Positions 10,007-20,167 of a DNA stretch of 64,000 nucleotides are shown here, in pieces; within the stretch, counting starts at the first letter, position 1; each line of letters opens with the position of its first letter. Under the pieces are notes generated by a model, which had not been told where the DNA came from, did not search any database, and saw only the letters and a program-made list of their open reading frames with translations. The stretch comes from a virus: positions 71,822-135,821 of IMG/VR virus record IMGVR_UViG_3300044904_000300; one strand, given 5' to 3'. The position numbers and the translations under genes were made by a program.

Positions 10007-10876
10007 ATGTTTGCGACCTTTGACCATCAACAGCTTCGGCGCTACCTTCTCGCCTTTGGGTCGTTCTTCGACAACATCTTCGTTGTCCGCTACGACATCA
10101 CCGGGAAAGAGACGCAGCGCATCCAGGTCCCCATTCAATACGGGCCCAAAGAGAAGTGGTTGCTCCATATCATACAAGACCCCGACTTCTTACAGAGTGT
10201 CGCGATCACGGTCCCTCGGTTGTCTTTTGAACTAACGAGTATTACCTATGACGGGAGCCGAAAGCTCAATAACCTCAACCAGCTTCGCTTCCCCAACCAG
10301 AACGGGGAAGCTTCCAAACTCGCCCGCACCTACATCGGCGTCCCATACATCCTCAATTTCAACCTCTCCGCGCTCGTCAAGTTTCAGACCGATGGGTTCC
10401 AAATCGTTGAACAGATCCTCCCCTACTTCACGCCGGACTTGACCTTCGTGATCAATAATGTGCCAGAGCTAGGGATCTCGGACCAGATCCCGCTCACACT
10501 CACGGGAGTCTCCGAGAACGACAACTATGAGGGCGACTTTGAGAAACGACGCATCATCATTTGGTCGATGGACTATACGATGAAGGTGTATTTCTACGGT
10601 CCCAACAAAGGCCAGGGCCGCATCGAAGAAGTCATCGTGGATGTGTATAATGCTCCATATGACTCACTCAACGAACCCCCGGAATACTTTGCGACCCAAG
10701 ATGACGCTTCGACACTCATTACTAACGAACAAGGCGGTCACATCGTCACCGAGAACACCGAGGATGTATTCATTTCAACAGACCCGGTTGTGCGAATCGA
10801 TGTTGTCGCAGACCCGAAAGACCAACAAGCCCAGCCACCCGATGTGAAGGCGAACACCACGATAACTGAATTATGA
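10007..10876 (+). CDS. g15: Tail sheath stabiliser / tail terminator gp15
   Basis: AFGSFFDNI.V.R, VPIQYGPKEKWL, PRLSFE, QIVEQILPYF.P, YFYGP. Confidence 0.93.
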   Translation: MFATFDHQQLRRYLLAFGSFFDNIFVVRYDITGKETQRIQVPIQYGPKEKWLLHIIQDPDFLQSVAITVPRLSFELTSITYDGSRKLNNLNQLRFPNQNGEASKLARTYIGVPYILNFNLSALVKFQTDGFQIVEQILPYFTPDLTFVINNVPELGISDQIPLTLTGVSENDNYEGDFEKRRIIIWSMDYTMKVYFYGPNKGQGRIEEVIVDVYNAPYDSLNEPPEYFATQDDASTLITNEQGGHIVTENTEDVFISTDPVVRIDVVADPKDQQAQPPDVKANTTITEL

Positions 10877-11397
10877 TAGATGACACTTTGAATACTTTGT
10901 TGGGGATTGTTCCCGATGAAGCACTTTCCGACAATACGACACCCACAGACGACGCACTAGCGGTCGTTGATGCCCCCAGTTTGCCCAAAGTGCTCGAACG
11001 GGAACAAACGGCGATCACGGTCCAGTCGACCCCCGTGGACGAAAAACTCGATACGGACTTTGAGTTTGCCCGAGAGAAAATGCGGGATCTCATCAAGAAG
11101 GGACAGGAAGCTGTCGATTCGGCTATTATGCTTGCGACAAGTGGCGATGCCCCCCGAGCCTATGAGGTGGTGGGGAACATGATCGGCGTCATTATCGATG
11201 CGAACAAACAACTCATCGACATTCATAAAACGAAACGAGATACACAACAAGTTGGCGCCCCTACGGCCCGTGCAGACGGTTCTGGTGGCTCTGTGAATAT
11301 AGACAAAGCAGTATTCGTCGGACGCGCATCTGACCTGCTTCGTGAAATCCGGGCGCTTGCCGCGTCCAAGGTAGATACTGATGCCGAGAAATCCTAA
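10873..11397 (+). CDS. g16: Terminase small subunit gp16
   Basis: DFEFARE, PRAYEV; located between g15 and g17. Confidence 0.88.
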   Translation: MIDDTLNTLLGIVPDEALSDNTTPTDDALAVVDAPSLPKVLEREQTAITVQSTPVDEKLDTDFEFAREKMRDLIKKGQEAVDSAIMLATSGDAPRAYEVVGNMIGVIIDANKQLIDIHKTKRDTQQVGAPTARADGSGGSVNIDKAVFVGRASDLLREIRALAASKVDTDAEKS

Positions 11398-12340
11398 CCC
11401 ACAAGGATACAACGGGAACCCCCTACTCCCGCTGCCCAACGCACAGGTCGCCCTTTCCGCAGACGAACTCAAGGAATACATCGCCTGCTCTCAAGACCCT
11501 ATTTACTTCATCGAACGCTATGTCAAGATCGTCCACGTAGACCGCGGAATCGTCAAGTTCGAATTGTATCCCTTCCAGCGGGAAATCGTTCAGGCCTTCG
11601 AGCACAACCGGTTCGTCATCTGTAAGCTCGCCCGGCAGTCGGGAAAGTCGACCGTCGTGGTCTGCGGATACTTCCTCTGGTACATCCTGTTTCATACAGA
11701 TATCAGCGTCGGGTTACTCGCCAACAAAGAGGCGACCGCCATCGAACTGCTCCGTCGTTTGAAACAGAGTTTCGAACTGCTCCCCGATTTCTTGAAACAG
11801 GGCGTCGTCAAGTGGGACCAGAAGCTCATCATGCTCGCCAATAACTCTCGTGTGCGAGCGGAGAGCACCAGCGCGAGCGCGGTCCGAGGAGACACCTTCA
11901 ACATTCTGTTCCTCGATGAATTTGCGTTCGTTCCCGAGAACATCGCTCTCGAATTCATGACCTCCGTGTATCCGACTATCACATCAGGTAAGACGACGAA
12001 AATGTTCATCGTCTCAACCCCCGCGGGATACAACCTGTTCTATAAGATTTGGAATGATAGCGAAGAGGGACGGAACACCTATACGCGCATGGGCTTCACC
12101 TGGCGCGATGTCCCTGGCCGAACGGAAGTAGACGAAAACGGTGTCAACAAATGGGAGAAGGAAACTCGGCAGAATATCGGTGACATGCAGTTCGAACAAG
12201 AGTTTGAATCGGTTGTGGGGTCAACACTTGTCACCATTAGAGATAAGCAAAATGGAACCATTACCACACTACCAATAGTAAAACTTTATGCCACGTTGTA
12301 TGATGAACAACTTGGAGACATTCAATTACCGGGTTACTAG
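11381..12340 (+). CDS. g17: Terminase large subunit N-extein (ATPase) fused to 43-aa split-intein N-fragment
   Basis: ARQSGKST Walker A, FLDEFAF Walker B; TerL sequence ends at QFEQEFE (12208), followed by SVVGSTLVTIRD (intein block A-like). Confidence 0.92.
   Translation: MPRNPNPQGYNGNPLLPLPNAQVALSADELKEYIACSQDPIYFIERYVKIVHVDRGIVKFELYPFQREIVQAFEHNRFVICKLARQSGKSTVVVCGYFLWYILFHTDISVGLLANKEATAIELLRRLKQSFELLPDFLKQGVVKWDQKLIMLANNSRVRAESTSASAVRGDTFNILFLDEFAFVPENIALEFMTSVYPTITSGKTTKMFIVSTPAGYNLFYKIWNDSEEGRNTYTRMGFTWRDVPGRTEVDENGVNKWEKETRQNIGDMQFEQEFESVVGSTLVTIRDKQNGTITTLPIVKLYATLYDEQLGDIQLPGY
12209..12337 (+). mobile_element. Split intein IntN (43 aa, Ser1)
   Basis: TCG at 12209 follows the EFE extein; resembles the short IntN of atypically split TerL inteins (CV.G.T.V...). 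Confidence 0.8.
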
Positions 12341-12362
12341 TCTTTGAATGCTAAATAGAGGT

Positions 12363-12848
12363 ATGGTAGAAAAAACTTACCTCATTTACAAGTTAACTCG
12401 GGATGACGGAATGCTTTACATTGGCACAACGGATTCAACCCGATTTAAGAATCGAATGTGCCAACATCGAGGTACCTCCCGGTTTGTTGGTCATACATTT
12501 TCAACAGAGATACTTGCTGAAAATGCAGAAATTGCTATTCTATTACAAGAAGCAGACTTTATAACACAATACAACACACTTTCTCCATTTGGGCTCAACC
12601 TCACAAAAAGTGGTAAAGGAAGCGGGCACGATTCTCTACATTTTACTACACGGGGATACAAGTTTAGTGAAGAAAGCCGAAAAAGGATGAGCGAATCTGC
12701 TAAACGCCGATGCAAGACCAATCCCCGTTTGGGTTGGTCGCACAGTGAAGAAACAAAAACTCACTGGAGCAAACGACGAAAGGGCATTCACGCTCGGGCA
12801 CTTAAAGGAAAAACTATCGATGAGTTTTGTTCTCAATCGACATTATGA
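12363..12848 (+). CDS. Free-standing GIY-YIG homing endonuclease with NUMOD3-like tail, between the terL halves
   Basis: YLIYKL..DDGMLYIGTT..RFKNR..QH; HSEETK tail; AT-rich; TAAATA at 12352. Confidence 0.85.
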   Translation: MVEKTYLIYKLTRDDGMLYIGTTDSTRFKNRMCQHRGTSRFVGHTFSTEILAENAEIAILLQEADFITQYNTLSPFGLNLTKSGKGSGHDSLHFTTRGYKFSEESRKRMSESAKRRCKTNPRLGWSHSEETKTHWSKRRKGIHARALKGKTIDEFCSQSTL

Positions 12849-13149
12849 AATTTTAACTCCGGATGGATTCCGGTCTTTTGTTGGATTACACTGTATTCAA
12901 CAATCGACTATTAGTGTATTTACCCGAAGTGGTCGTATTCTTACTGGTAGTGCCAAGCATCGCATCTTAACTCCCAATGGATTCACAATTCTTGGTAACC
13001 TTATAGTTGGTGATTATGTTCAAACTCTGTTCGGCCTCGATTGTGTTGAGCGTCTTACATCTTATGAAGAAATAACAAATCTATACGACCCCATTGATGT
13101 TGACCATCCAGAACAGGCGTTTTATACTGATGAAATTATTTCACACAAT
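12820..13149 (+). mobile_element. Split intein IntC
   Basis: Ends His-Asn at 13144-13149, followed by Cys+1 at 13150. Confidence 0.85.
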
Positions 13150-14022
13150 TGTTCATTCATGGGGTCTGCGAACACGCTGATTCCCGCGCACAAGCTCGCG
13201 ATGCTGGGCTACAAGGAACCTATTGAGACGAGGGGCGACCTCAAAATCTATACCCGTCCAGTCAAGGCGACAGACGAAGGGCCCTCGCACGTCTATCAGA
13301 TCACCGTGGATATCGGAATGGGACAGGGCTTGGATTACTCGGTCATCAACGTCACAGACATTTCCGAGAACCCATTTCGGCAAGTGGCGATCTGGCGAAA
13401 CAACTCGCTTTCCGCTACGATGCTCGCACCCATCATTCGGGACATCGGGCAGTATTACAATAATGCGTTTGTCATGATGGAAATTAACCTTGAGGGACAT
13501 GCAGTTGCCGAAATGCTCCATAACGAGCTTGAGTATCCGGGGGTCATGACGGTAACTCCACACCCCAAGAAGGGACAGCATCTCTCGGGGGGTTTTGGGC
13601 TGAAGTCCCGCTTTGGCTTGAAGATGTCGGAAGCCACCAAGCGCATCGGGTGTTCCGGGCTCAAGACACTTTTTGAGCAGGATAAGTATATCGTTAATGA
13701 CTATCAGACGCTCCGCGAACTGACAACCTTTGTGGTCCATAACAAGACCTATCAGGCAGAAGTCGGAAACCACGATGATATTGTCATGACCTTGGTGCTC
13801 CTGGGTTGGCTCACGCTTCAGCTTCGTTACGAGGATTACGTGGGTCTCTCGATGCGAAAGCTGCTCATGGACCGAGGCGAAACGCTAACATTCGATACTC
13901 CCGCACTTGGACACATGGGCGACTTGGAGCAAACGCCTGTTGTCGGACTGACGCAAGGGGGAATTGAGATCATCGATGACCCGGATTTCTGGAGAGAACA
14001 AGAGGACACTTCGTGGTTATAA
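12820..14022 (+). CDS. g17: Split-intein C-fragment (110 aa) fused to terminase large subunit C-extein (nuclease domain)
   Basis: ATG 12820 with AAGGA upstream; ILTPDGF, SAKH (block B His), LYDPIDV..IISHN|C; then CSFMGS, D.G.G.G.DYS, HDD.VM. Confidence 0.9.
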   Translation: MSFVLNRHYEILTPDGFRSFVGLHCIQQSTISVFTRSGRILTGSAKHRILTPNGFTILGNLIVGDYVQTLFGLDCVERLTSYEEITNLYDPIDVDHPEQAFYTDEIISHNCSFMGSANTLIPAHKLAMLGYKEPIETRGDLKIYTRPVKATDEGPSHVYQITVDIGMGQGLDYSVINVTDISENPFRQVAIWRNNSLSATMLAPIIRDIGQYYNNAFVMMEINLEGHAVAEMLHNELEYPGVMTVTPHPKKGQHLSGGFGLKSRFGLKMSEATKRIGCSGLKTLFEQDKYIVNDYQTLRELTTFVVHNKTYQAEVGNHDDIVMTLVLLGWLTLQLRYEDYVGLSMRKLLMDRGETLTFDTPALGHMGDLEQTPVVGLTQGGIEIIDDPDFWREQEDTSWL

Positions 14023-14027
14023 TGGAG

Positions 14028-14050
14028 AAACCGGCGGCATCCGGTTTTTC
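14028..14050 (+). terminator. Intrinsic terminator after terL-C
   Basis: AAACCGG-cggcat-CCGGTTT followed by TTC. Confidence 0.6.
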
Positions 14051-14122
14051 TAAATACAGGAGTAACTACCGCAGCGTCGTGGTAGGCGAAATTTCCAAAC
14101 CTCTATTGAAGGGGACTCACAC

Positions 14123-16468
14123 ATGGCATTCATGGTATCTCCCGGCGTTAATGTTTCTGAAGTAGACCTTACCGCAGGTGCACAGCAGATTTCAGTTTCC
14201 GATGCGGCGTTTGCCGGACCATTCAATTGGGGGCCCGCACTAGAAGTTTTTAACATCGGGTCGGAAGACGACTTGGTGAAATACTTCGGCAAACCAACAG
14301 ACGATATTTACGAATACTGGTTTAGCGCGGCGGCATTCCTTGCGTATTCCAACCTTCTCCACTGCGTTCGGGCGGTGAGTGCTGGCGCGTTGAACGCCAC
14401 AGCCGACGCCAAAGCGTTGACGGGTACCGTTACGGGCAACGTGGGAAACAACATCTGGAATTCTAGCGCAGGCGGCGGGTTGGATACCGGCTACGCTTCA
14501 ACCCCTGTGCTCTTTGCAGGACAGAATATCACGCTCGATGGCGTCAACTACGTCGTATTGAGTGTAGACTCCGCAACCAAGTTCCACACCGTAGCAAACG
14601 CAGCAGTCGTTGCAAACCTCCCGGGAACCTGGGTGCTTCAGTCAGGTAACGTGACGATTGCAAACGCCTCGGCCAACGCGGTGACCACGGGGCTTGCAAA
14701 CAGTATGCTCATCACGATTGGTGCAGCAACGTATACAGTCAACACCATCGCCGCCGGCGCCAATTCGTTTACTGTTGTTGAGACTCCGGCGGTCAGCAAC
14801 GCAGCGTGCAGCATCAAGCCCATCAGCTATATTGGTGTGGATGTCGCAACCTACGGCGTCCAGCTACGGAACGACAGTCAATATGACAACGAATTTGCTA
14901 ATGGTGGAATGTTCGCGTTCGGTGACTGGATTGCGAAGTATCCGGGTGAGCTAGGCAATAGCCTCAAGGTTAGCGTGTGCCCAAGCGCAAACGCTTATCA
15001 ATCAACGCCATCGGGATCAATTGCGGTCACCGCTGGTTATACCGCACTTAATGGAACTAGTGGTTCCGCATTTCTTACGGAACTGGTTCCAGGTGACTGG
15101 ATCACTTGGTCGGGCGGTGCCCGGTATCAGATCGCCTCAATCACGAGCGATAGCCTTGCAGTATTGACGACCGCAGCGGTGAAGACCACCTCTACCCCAA
15201 TCACGAGCACGAATTGGACGCGCAGTTGGGAATGGTCACAGTTCTTCGACCTTGCGCCCGATACTAGTCAGTATGCAACAGACCGAAACGGTCAGAACGA
15301 CGAATTGCATATTGCCGTCATCGACGAAGATGGTAAGTTCACGGGCATTCCGGGTACCATCCTCGAAAAGTTCGCATTCGTGTCCAAGGCGATTGACGCT
15401 AAGACTCCGAATGGTGATGCCAACTACTACGTCACGCAGATCAATCGTCAGAGTGCTTACATCTGGTGGTTGAGTGCACCAACGACCGATACGACAAATT
15501 GGGGCGAGGACGCAAGTTCTTCCTTTGGTGCGGATCTGCTCCCGACCTCAGAGAGCCTCGTCGGCGGACAAACAGACAACGCCAACATCGGTGATGGCGA
15601 CCTGGAAACCGCATACGACCTCTTCGCGGGAACCGACACGATTGATGTATCGCTCGTTATTTCGGGTCCAGCAGACGCCACACTTGCAAGCTACCTCATT
15701 CAGGATCTTGCAGAAGTGCGGAAAGACTGTGTGGTCTTCGTTTCGCCAGAGAAGGCGGACGTGGTCAGCAACATCGGCAGCGAAGTCGCGGACATCATCG
15801 CGTTCCGCAACAGTCTGCCGTCAAGCAGCTACGGATTCTTGGACAGCGGGTGGAAATACACCTACGACAAGTATAACGACAAATACCGGTGGGTGCCGCT
15901 CAACGGCGACATCGCAGGTATCGCTGCTCGCTCAGACACACAGACAGACCCATGGTGGTCGCCAGCAGGATTCAACCGCGGACAGGTAAAGAACGTGGTG
16001 AAACTCGCGTGGAATCCTCATCAGCTAGATCGGGACGACCTCTATAAGGTCGGCGTGAACCCCGTGGTCAGCTTCCCGTCGTCGGGCATCGTGCTCTATG
16101 GCGACAAGACGCTGCTCAGCCGGCCGAGTGCGTTTGATCGGATCAACGTGCGTCGGTTGTTCATCGTGCTTGAAAAGACAATTTCGCAGATGGCACAAAG
16201 TCAGTTGTTCGAATTCAACGATGACTTTACACGGTCGCAGTTCCGCAACACCGTGAACCCATTCTTGCAGGATGTCAAGTCGCGTCGTGGTATCTACGAC
16301 TTTGCCGTAATCTGCGACACGACCAACAATACCCCGGAGGTGATTGACCAGAACCAGTTCGTAGGCGACATCTACATCAAGCCGGCTCGTTCAATCAACT
16401 TTATCCAGTTGAACTTCGTGGCGGTGCGGAGCGGCGTCAGCTTCCAAGAAGTCACAGGGGCGCTGTAA
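14123..16468 (+). CDS. g18: Tail sheath protein gp18 with large inserted beta-rich modules
   Basis: VSPGV.V.E.DLT, WWSPAGFNRG, SAFDRINVRRLF, IKPARSINFI.LNFVA. Confidence 0.95.
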   Translation: MAFMVSPGVNVSEVDLTAGAQQISVSDAAFAGPFNWGPALEVFNIGSEDDLVKYFGKPTDDIYEYWFSAAAFLAYSNLLHCVRAVSAGALNATADAKALTGTVTGNVGNNIWNSSAGGGLDTGYASTPVLFAGQNITLDGVNYVVLSVDSATKFHTVANAAVVANLPGTWVLQSGNVTIANASANAVTTGLANSMLITIGAATYTVNTIAAGANSFTVVETPAVSNAACSIKPISYIGVDVATYGVQLRNDSQYDNEFANGGMFAFGDWIAKYPGELGNSLKVSVCPSANAYQSTPSGSIAVTAGYTALNGTSGSAFLTELVPGDWITWSGGARYQIASITSDSLAVLTTAAVKTTSTPITSTNWTRSWEWSQFFDLAPDTSQYATDRNGQNDELHIAVIDEDGKFTGIPGTILEKFAFVSKAIDAKTPNGDANYYVTQINRQSAYIWWLSAPTTDTTNWGEDASSSFGADLLPTSESLVGGQTDNANIGDGDLETAYDLFAGTDTIDVSLVISGPADATLASYLIQDLAEVRKDCVVFVSPEKADVVSNIGSEVADIIAFRNSLPSSSYGFLDSGWKYTYDKYNDKYRWVPLNGDIAGIAARSDTQTDPWWSPAGFNRGQVKNVVKLAWNPHQLDRDDLYKVGVNPVVSFPSSGIVLYGDKTLLSRPSAFDRINVRRLFIVLEKTISQMAQSQLFEFNDDFTRSQFRNTVNPFLQDVKSRRGIYDFAVICDTTNNTPEVIDQNQFVGDIYIKPARSINFIQLNFVAVRSGVSFQEVTGAL

Positions 16469-16506
16469 AGATCGGGTTGAAGTAACGTCATCTTAGGAGT
16501 AGACAC

Positions 16507-17085
16507 ATGGCATTCGTATTAAACGACTTTCGCAACGCACTCCAATATGGAGGCGCACGGCCGTCGCAGTTTGATATGCAGATCGTCTGGCCGGCGACAG
16601 TAGATGCAGCTCAGGCCCGGGCCCAGCTTCCGTTTCTGTGTTCCATTTCACAGATCCCGGCCAGCACCGTTGGACAGATCACGGTGCCCTATTTCGGACG
16701 GGAACTGTATTATGCTGGAGATCGGAAGTTCGAATCGCTCACCATCACCGTGCTTAACGATGAGGACTATGCGATCCGACATTCACTCGAAGATTGGTTG
16801 AAGCAAATTCAGTCGCACTCAACGTCTGTTTCAGCGTTCCAGGGTGGAATTGCAACGTCAAGTGGTGCAGGCAGTTCCTACGCGACTCGCGGAATTGTTC
16901 GCCAACTTTCGCGTAACGAAGAGGGCAGCGGACAGCAACAGCGTTACATCTTTGAGGGAATGTTCCCGATCAACCTTTCGGGAATTGAGTTGAACTGGGA
17001 AGCTTACGACCAGATTGAACGGTATACGTGCGAATTCCGCTATCAGTGGTGGACGTGCGAGACCTATCAGAACGGCACTTGGTAA
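16507..17085 (+). CDS. g19: Tail tube protein gp19
   Basis: GGARPSQF, V.YFGR..Y.AGDR.F, IR...E.W, FP...S.IEL.W. Confidence 0.93.
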   Translation: MAFVLNDFRNALQYGGARPSQFDMQIVWPATVDAAQARAQLPFLCSISQIPASTVGQITVPYFGRELYYAGDRKFESLTITVLNDEDYAIRHSLEDWLKQIQSHSTSVSAFQGGIATSSGAGSSYATRGIVRQLSRNEEGSGQQQRYIFEGMFPINLSGIELNWEAYDQIERYTCEFRYQWWTCETYQNGTW

Positions 17086-17153
17086 GATTATTGTCCGAAG
17101 GGGCCAGCGGATCATCGTGAAGAAACTGGCCCCCTTCATAAAGGTGAACCTAC

Positions 17154-19112
17154 ATGCCACGAATTTTCGGGTTCGAGTTTACTTGGAATCGTAAATCATC
17201 CAAGCCTGGCTCGACTTCTCCCTATCCTACCGGCACGGTCCTTTCTCCTGTTCCCCCGCAGGACATGGACGGGGCTATCAACATCCAATACGGGTCTGGT
17301 GGCGGCTACTTCGGGTACTACCTGGACCTGGACGGGACGATTGTTGACGACTTCCAGCTTATCAACCGCTACCGCGAGATGCAGATTATTGCGGAGGTGG
17401 ACGAGGCGATTGACCAGATCATCAACGAAATCGTCATCCAAGATGCTGGAAGAATGCCGGTCACACTCAACTTGGATTACGTGGATGAGACAGCACTAGA
17501 CGAACAGAGCAAAATCCGGGTTCAGGCCGAATTCGACAACCTCCTGAAGATGATGAAATTCCACAAGAATGCCTACGCTGTGATGCGTCAGTGGTATATT
17601 GACGGACGACTCTATTACCACATGCTGGTAGACGAGACAAATCCACAGGAAGGCATCCAAGAGCTACGAGTCATCGATCCCCGCACCATCCGCAAGGTCC
17701 GTGAAGTAACGAGAAAGCGTCACATGGACACGCAGATGGACTTGGTGGAGGTCCAACGGGAATACTTCGTGTATAACCCGATGGGGTTTGTTGCGCCCTC
17801 TGGTGTGTCGGGTACGACGGGTAGCACAGCATCCATGCTTCAGTATAACGGCATCAAGATTACGATGGACGCCATCGCATTCTGCCCGTCTGGGCTCTTT
17901 GATGCCAATAAGCGTACCGTCCTCTCTTGGCTCCATAAAGCGATCAAGCCCCTCAACCTACTCCGCATGATGGAAGACTCGTGCGTCATCTACCGCGTTG
18001 CGCGAGCACCAGAACGTCGAGTGTTCTACATCGACGTGGGAAACTTACCGAAACAGAAGGCCGAACAGTATCTCTACGATATCATGCAAAAGTATCGTAA
18101 CAAGCTGGTGTATGACGTGTCTACAGGTGAGATTCGGGACGACCGCAAGTTCATGAGTATCATGGAAGACTTCTGGCTCCCTCGGCGAGAAGGTGGGAAG
18201 GGCACGGAAATCAGCACACTTCCCGCAGGACAGAACCTCTCGGAGATGGAAGACGTCGATTACTTCCGTCGCAAACTCTATCGTTCGCTTGGGTTGCCCC
18301 CGTCTCGTATCGATCAGGGTAGTGGATTCAATTTGGGCCGAGCGTCAGAAATCTCGCGGGACGAGTTGCGCTTTGGAAAGTTTATTCATCGTCTCCAGGT
18401 GCAGTTCAATACGATGTTTGACCAGCTACTTGAAGCGCAGCTGCGTCTCAAGGGAGTTATCACCGAACAAGAGTGGTACAAGATCAAAGACAGCATCCGC
18501 TATGACTGGCAGCAGGATAGCTACTTTGAGGAACTGAAGGGCCAGGAAATGTGGACCTCCCGCCTCAATATGATCAACCAGCTTGACCCGTATGTGAACA
18601 AGTATTTCTCGACCAAATGGGTGGTCCGTAACATCCTCAAATTCAACGAAGAGGAATGGGCGTCCATTCGTGAAGAATTTGACGACGCAGCGGGGTTGGA
18701 GATGGGCGAGGACGATGAGAAGTCCAGCCCATTCCCCACCGACAAGTTCGGCAAGTCTGATGACGAGTCGAAACAGAACCCGACATTTGCCAGCCCCGAT
18801 GACGAAGCCGATGAGATCCTGAAGTCTACAAACGACGAAGAAGACGACACTGCGGTCAATCCAGAGTTTGGTGTTGAGCTTCCAAAAGACAAGGATACGG
18901 ATGAGGATGAGGAAGATGAGCTAGATAAGAAGCTCCGCAAGCTCTCTCCCGATGAGGAAGAACACCCGGAACTAGACGACCAAGGCTTCAAGAAAGTCAA
19001 GAAGCCCGAGGAACCCATCTTGGATGCAGATAAGAGCGAACCCAAGACGGAGTTTGACGACGAAAAGAAAGCTCCGCCCTTTGGCAAGAAGAAGTCGGGC
19101 TTCCCTAAATAA
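17154..19112 (+). CDS. g20: Portal protein gp20 with long acidic C-terminal extension
   Basis: WYIDGRLYYH, LHKAIKP.N.LRMMED..VIYR..RAPERRVFYIDVGNLP, EDFWLPRREGGKGTEI.TLP. Confidence 0.96.
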   Translation: MPRIFGFEFTWNRKSSKPGSTSPYPTGTVLSPVPPQDMDGAINIQYGSGGGYFGYYLDLDGTIVDDFQLINRYREMQIIAEVDEAIDQIINEIVIQDAGRMPVTLNLDYVDETALDEQSKIRVQAEFDNLLKMMKFHKNAYAVMRQWYIDGRLYYHMLVDETNPQEGIQELRVIDPRTIRKVREVTRKRHMDTQMDLVEVQREYFVYNPMGFVAPSGVSGTTGSTASMLQYNGIKITMDAIAFCPSGLFDANKRTVLSWLHKAIKPLNLLRMMEDSCVIYRVARAPERRVFYIDVGNLPKQKAEQYLYDIMQKYRNKLVYDVSTGEIRDDRKFMSIMEDFWLPRREGGKGTEISTLPAGQNLSEMEDVDYFRRKLYRSLGLPPSRIDQGSGFNLGRASEISRDELRFGKFIHRLQVQFNTMFDQLLEAQLRLKGVITEQEWYKIKDSIRYDWQQDSYFEELKGQEMWTSRLNMINQLDPYVNKYFSTKWVVRNILKFNEEEWASIREEFDDAAGLEMGEDDEKSSPFPTDKFGKSDDESKQNPTFASPDDEADEILKSTNDEEDDTAVNPEFGVELPKDKDTDEDEEDELDKKLRKLSPDEEEHPELDDQGFKKVKKPEEPILDADKSEPKTEFDDEKKAPPFGKKKSGFPK

Positions 19113-19121
19113 GGTACAACT

Positions 19122-19790
19122 ATGGCAGCATTTAGCGCAAACACCAACACTACCGTCATCCTGATAGACACCGCTTCTCGTGCGGTCGTCAAGGATGTGC
19201 TTTATCTCGTCACTGCTGGCGACGTATCTGCTCGCCTCGTTGTGAACGCAGCTACCCTTGCGGGACGCACGATGACCCTGACGGGTGTGCCCACTTTCAA
19301 CCCCGCGCCGGCGGCCGGCCCGATTCCTGGTGAGACCATCACATCAGCGGGTGGAACTAAAGGATACGTCGTGGGCACTCTCAACGCAGCTCACACGACA
19401 TTTCAAGCTGTTCTCGCAAACAGTCAAGTAGCATTTGCGAATGGTGATGTGCTGACGACTGAGACCTCAAACGTCACCTTCACAGTAGGTGGCTCGGGCG
19501 CGGTACTCAACCCCGCAAAGGTCTCTATTGTGGGTGCCTGGTGGAGCATCAGCGGAAACTCAACAGGTAGCGTGATTAGCGTTGAGTTTGCTAACTCTGA
19601 CTGTGCGTTTACTGCATCGGGAACGGGATGGTTTGGTAAGGGAAACATCCCCGAAGCGATTACGCCGGGTAATGCGTATGCGACGGGCGACATCCTCGTT
19701 TCGACCTATGGATTGTCCGCAAAGAGTGGCTATACGCTTGTGCTGGATATCCGTAAGGAACTGGGCTTCGCGCAGCGGCCGATTTACTAA
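19122..19790 (+). CDS. Hypothetical virion protein
   Basis: 222 aa after g20; TAAATA at 19106; beta-rich. Confidence 0.6.
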   Translation: MAAFSANTNTTVILIDTASRAVVKDVLYLVTAGDVSARLVVNAATLAGRTMTLTGVPTFNPAPAAGPIPGETITSAGGTKGYVVGTLNAAHTTFQAVLANSQVAFANGDVLTTETSNVTFTVGGSGAVLNPAKVSIVGAWWSISGNSTGSVISVEFANSDCAFTASGTGWFGKGNIPEAITPGNAYATGDILVSTYGLSAKSGYTLVLDIRKELGFAQRPIY

Positions 19791-19799
19791 AGGTGGAAC

Positions 19800-20165
19800 A
19801 TGAAACACAACATCTATCGCAAACTCATCGAGCACGTTTCACGAAATGAGTGGTCGGACGCCAAAGACATCTTTGACTCTGTGATCCACGAAAAGGTCGC
19901 ACTTCGTCTTGAGGCTGAGAAGCGCGAACTGCAGGACGAAGAGGATGCTGTCTTTACACCTCCAAAGCCTGGTAAAGCCGAGAAGAAGCTTCTTGTCGAA
20001 CCTGAAGAGGATGATGAGAAGGACGAAAAGGATGTTGAGGAATGCAGCGCTGCTCCCATGAAAATCAAAGAGGGACAGAAACCGGGTACAAAGACACCGG
20101 ACTCAAAGAAACCTTGGAAGAAATACTCTCGTCCCGGTGGCTACCCAAATCTACACGGAAAATAA
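19800..20165 (+). CDS. gp67-like prohead core protein
   Basis: Helical IEHV..NEW..AKDIF..V..EKV..RLE..K motif plus acidic tail; located between g20 and g21. Confidence 0.65.
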   Translation: MKHNIYRKLIEHVSRNEWSDAKDIFDSVIHEKVALRLEAEKRELQDEEDAVFTPPKPGKAEKKLLVEPEEDDEKDEKDVEECSAAPMKIKEGQKPGTKTPDSKKPWKKYSRPGGYPNLHGK

Positions 20166-20167
20166 CT

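Noticed and set aside
12745-12819. ORF-track N-terminal extension of terL-C
   Set aside because: Overlaps the GIY-YIG gene; ATG 12820 has an RBS and begins the intein-like sequence.
18521-19192. Ser-rich minus ORF (likewise 23140..23733)
   Set aside because: Antisense read of acidic GAA/GAC repeats in g20 and g22.
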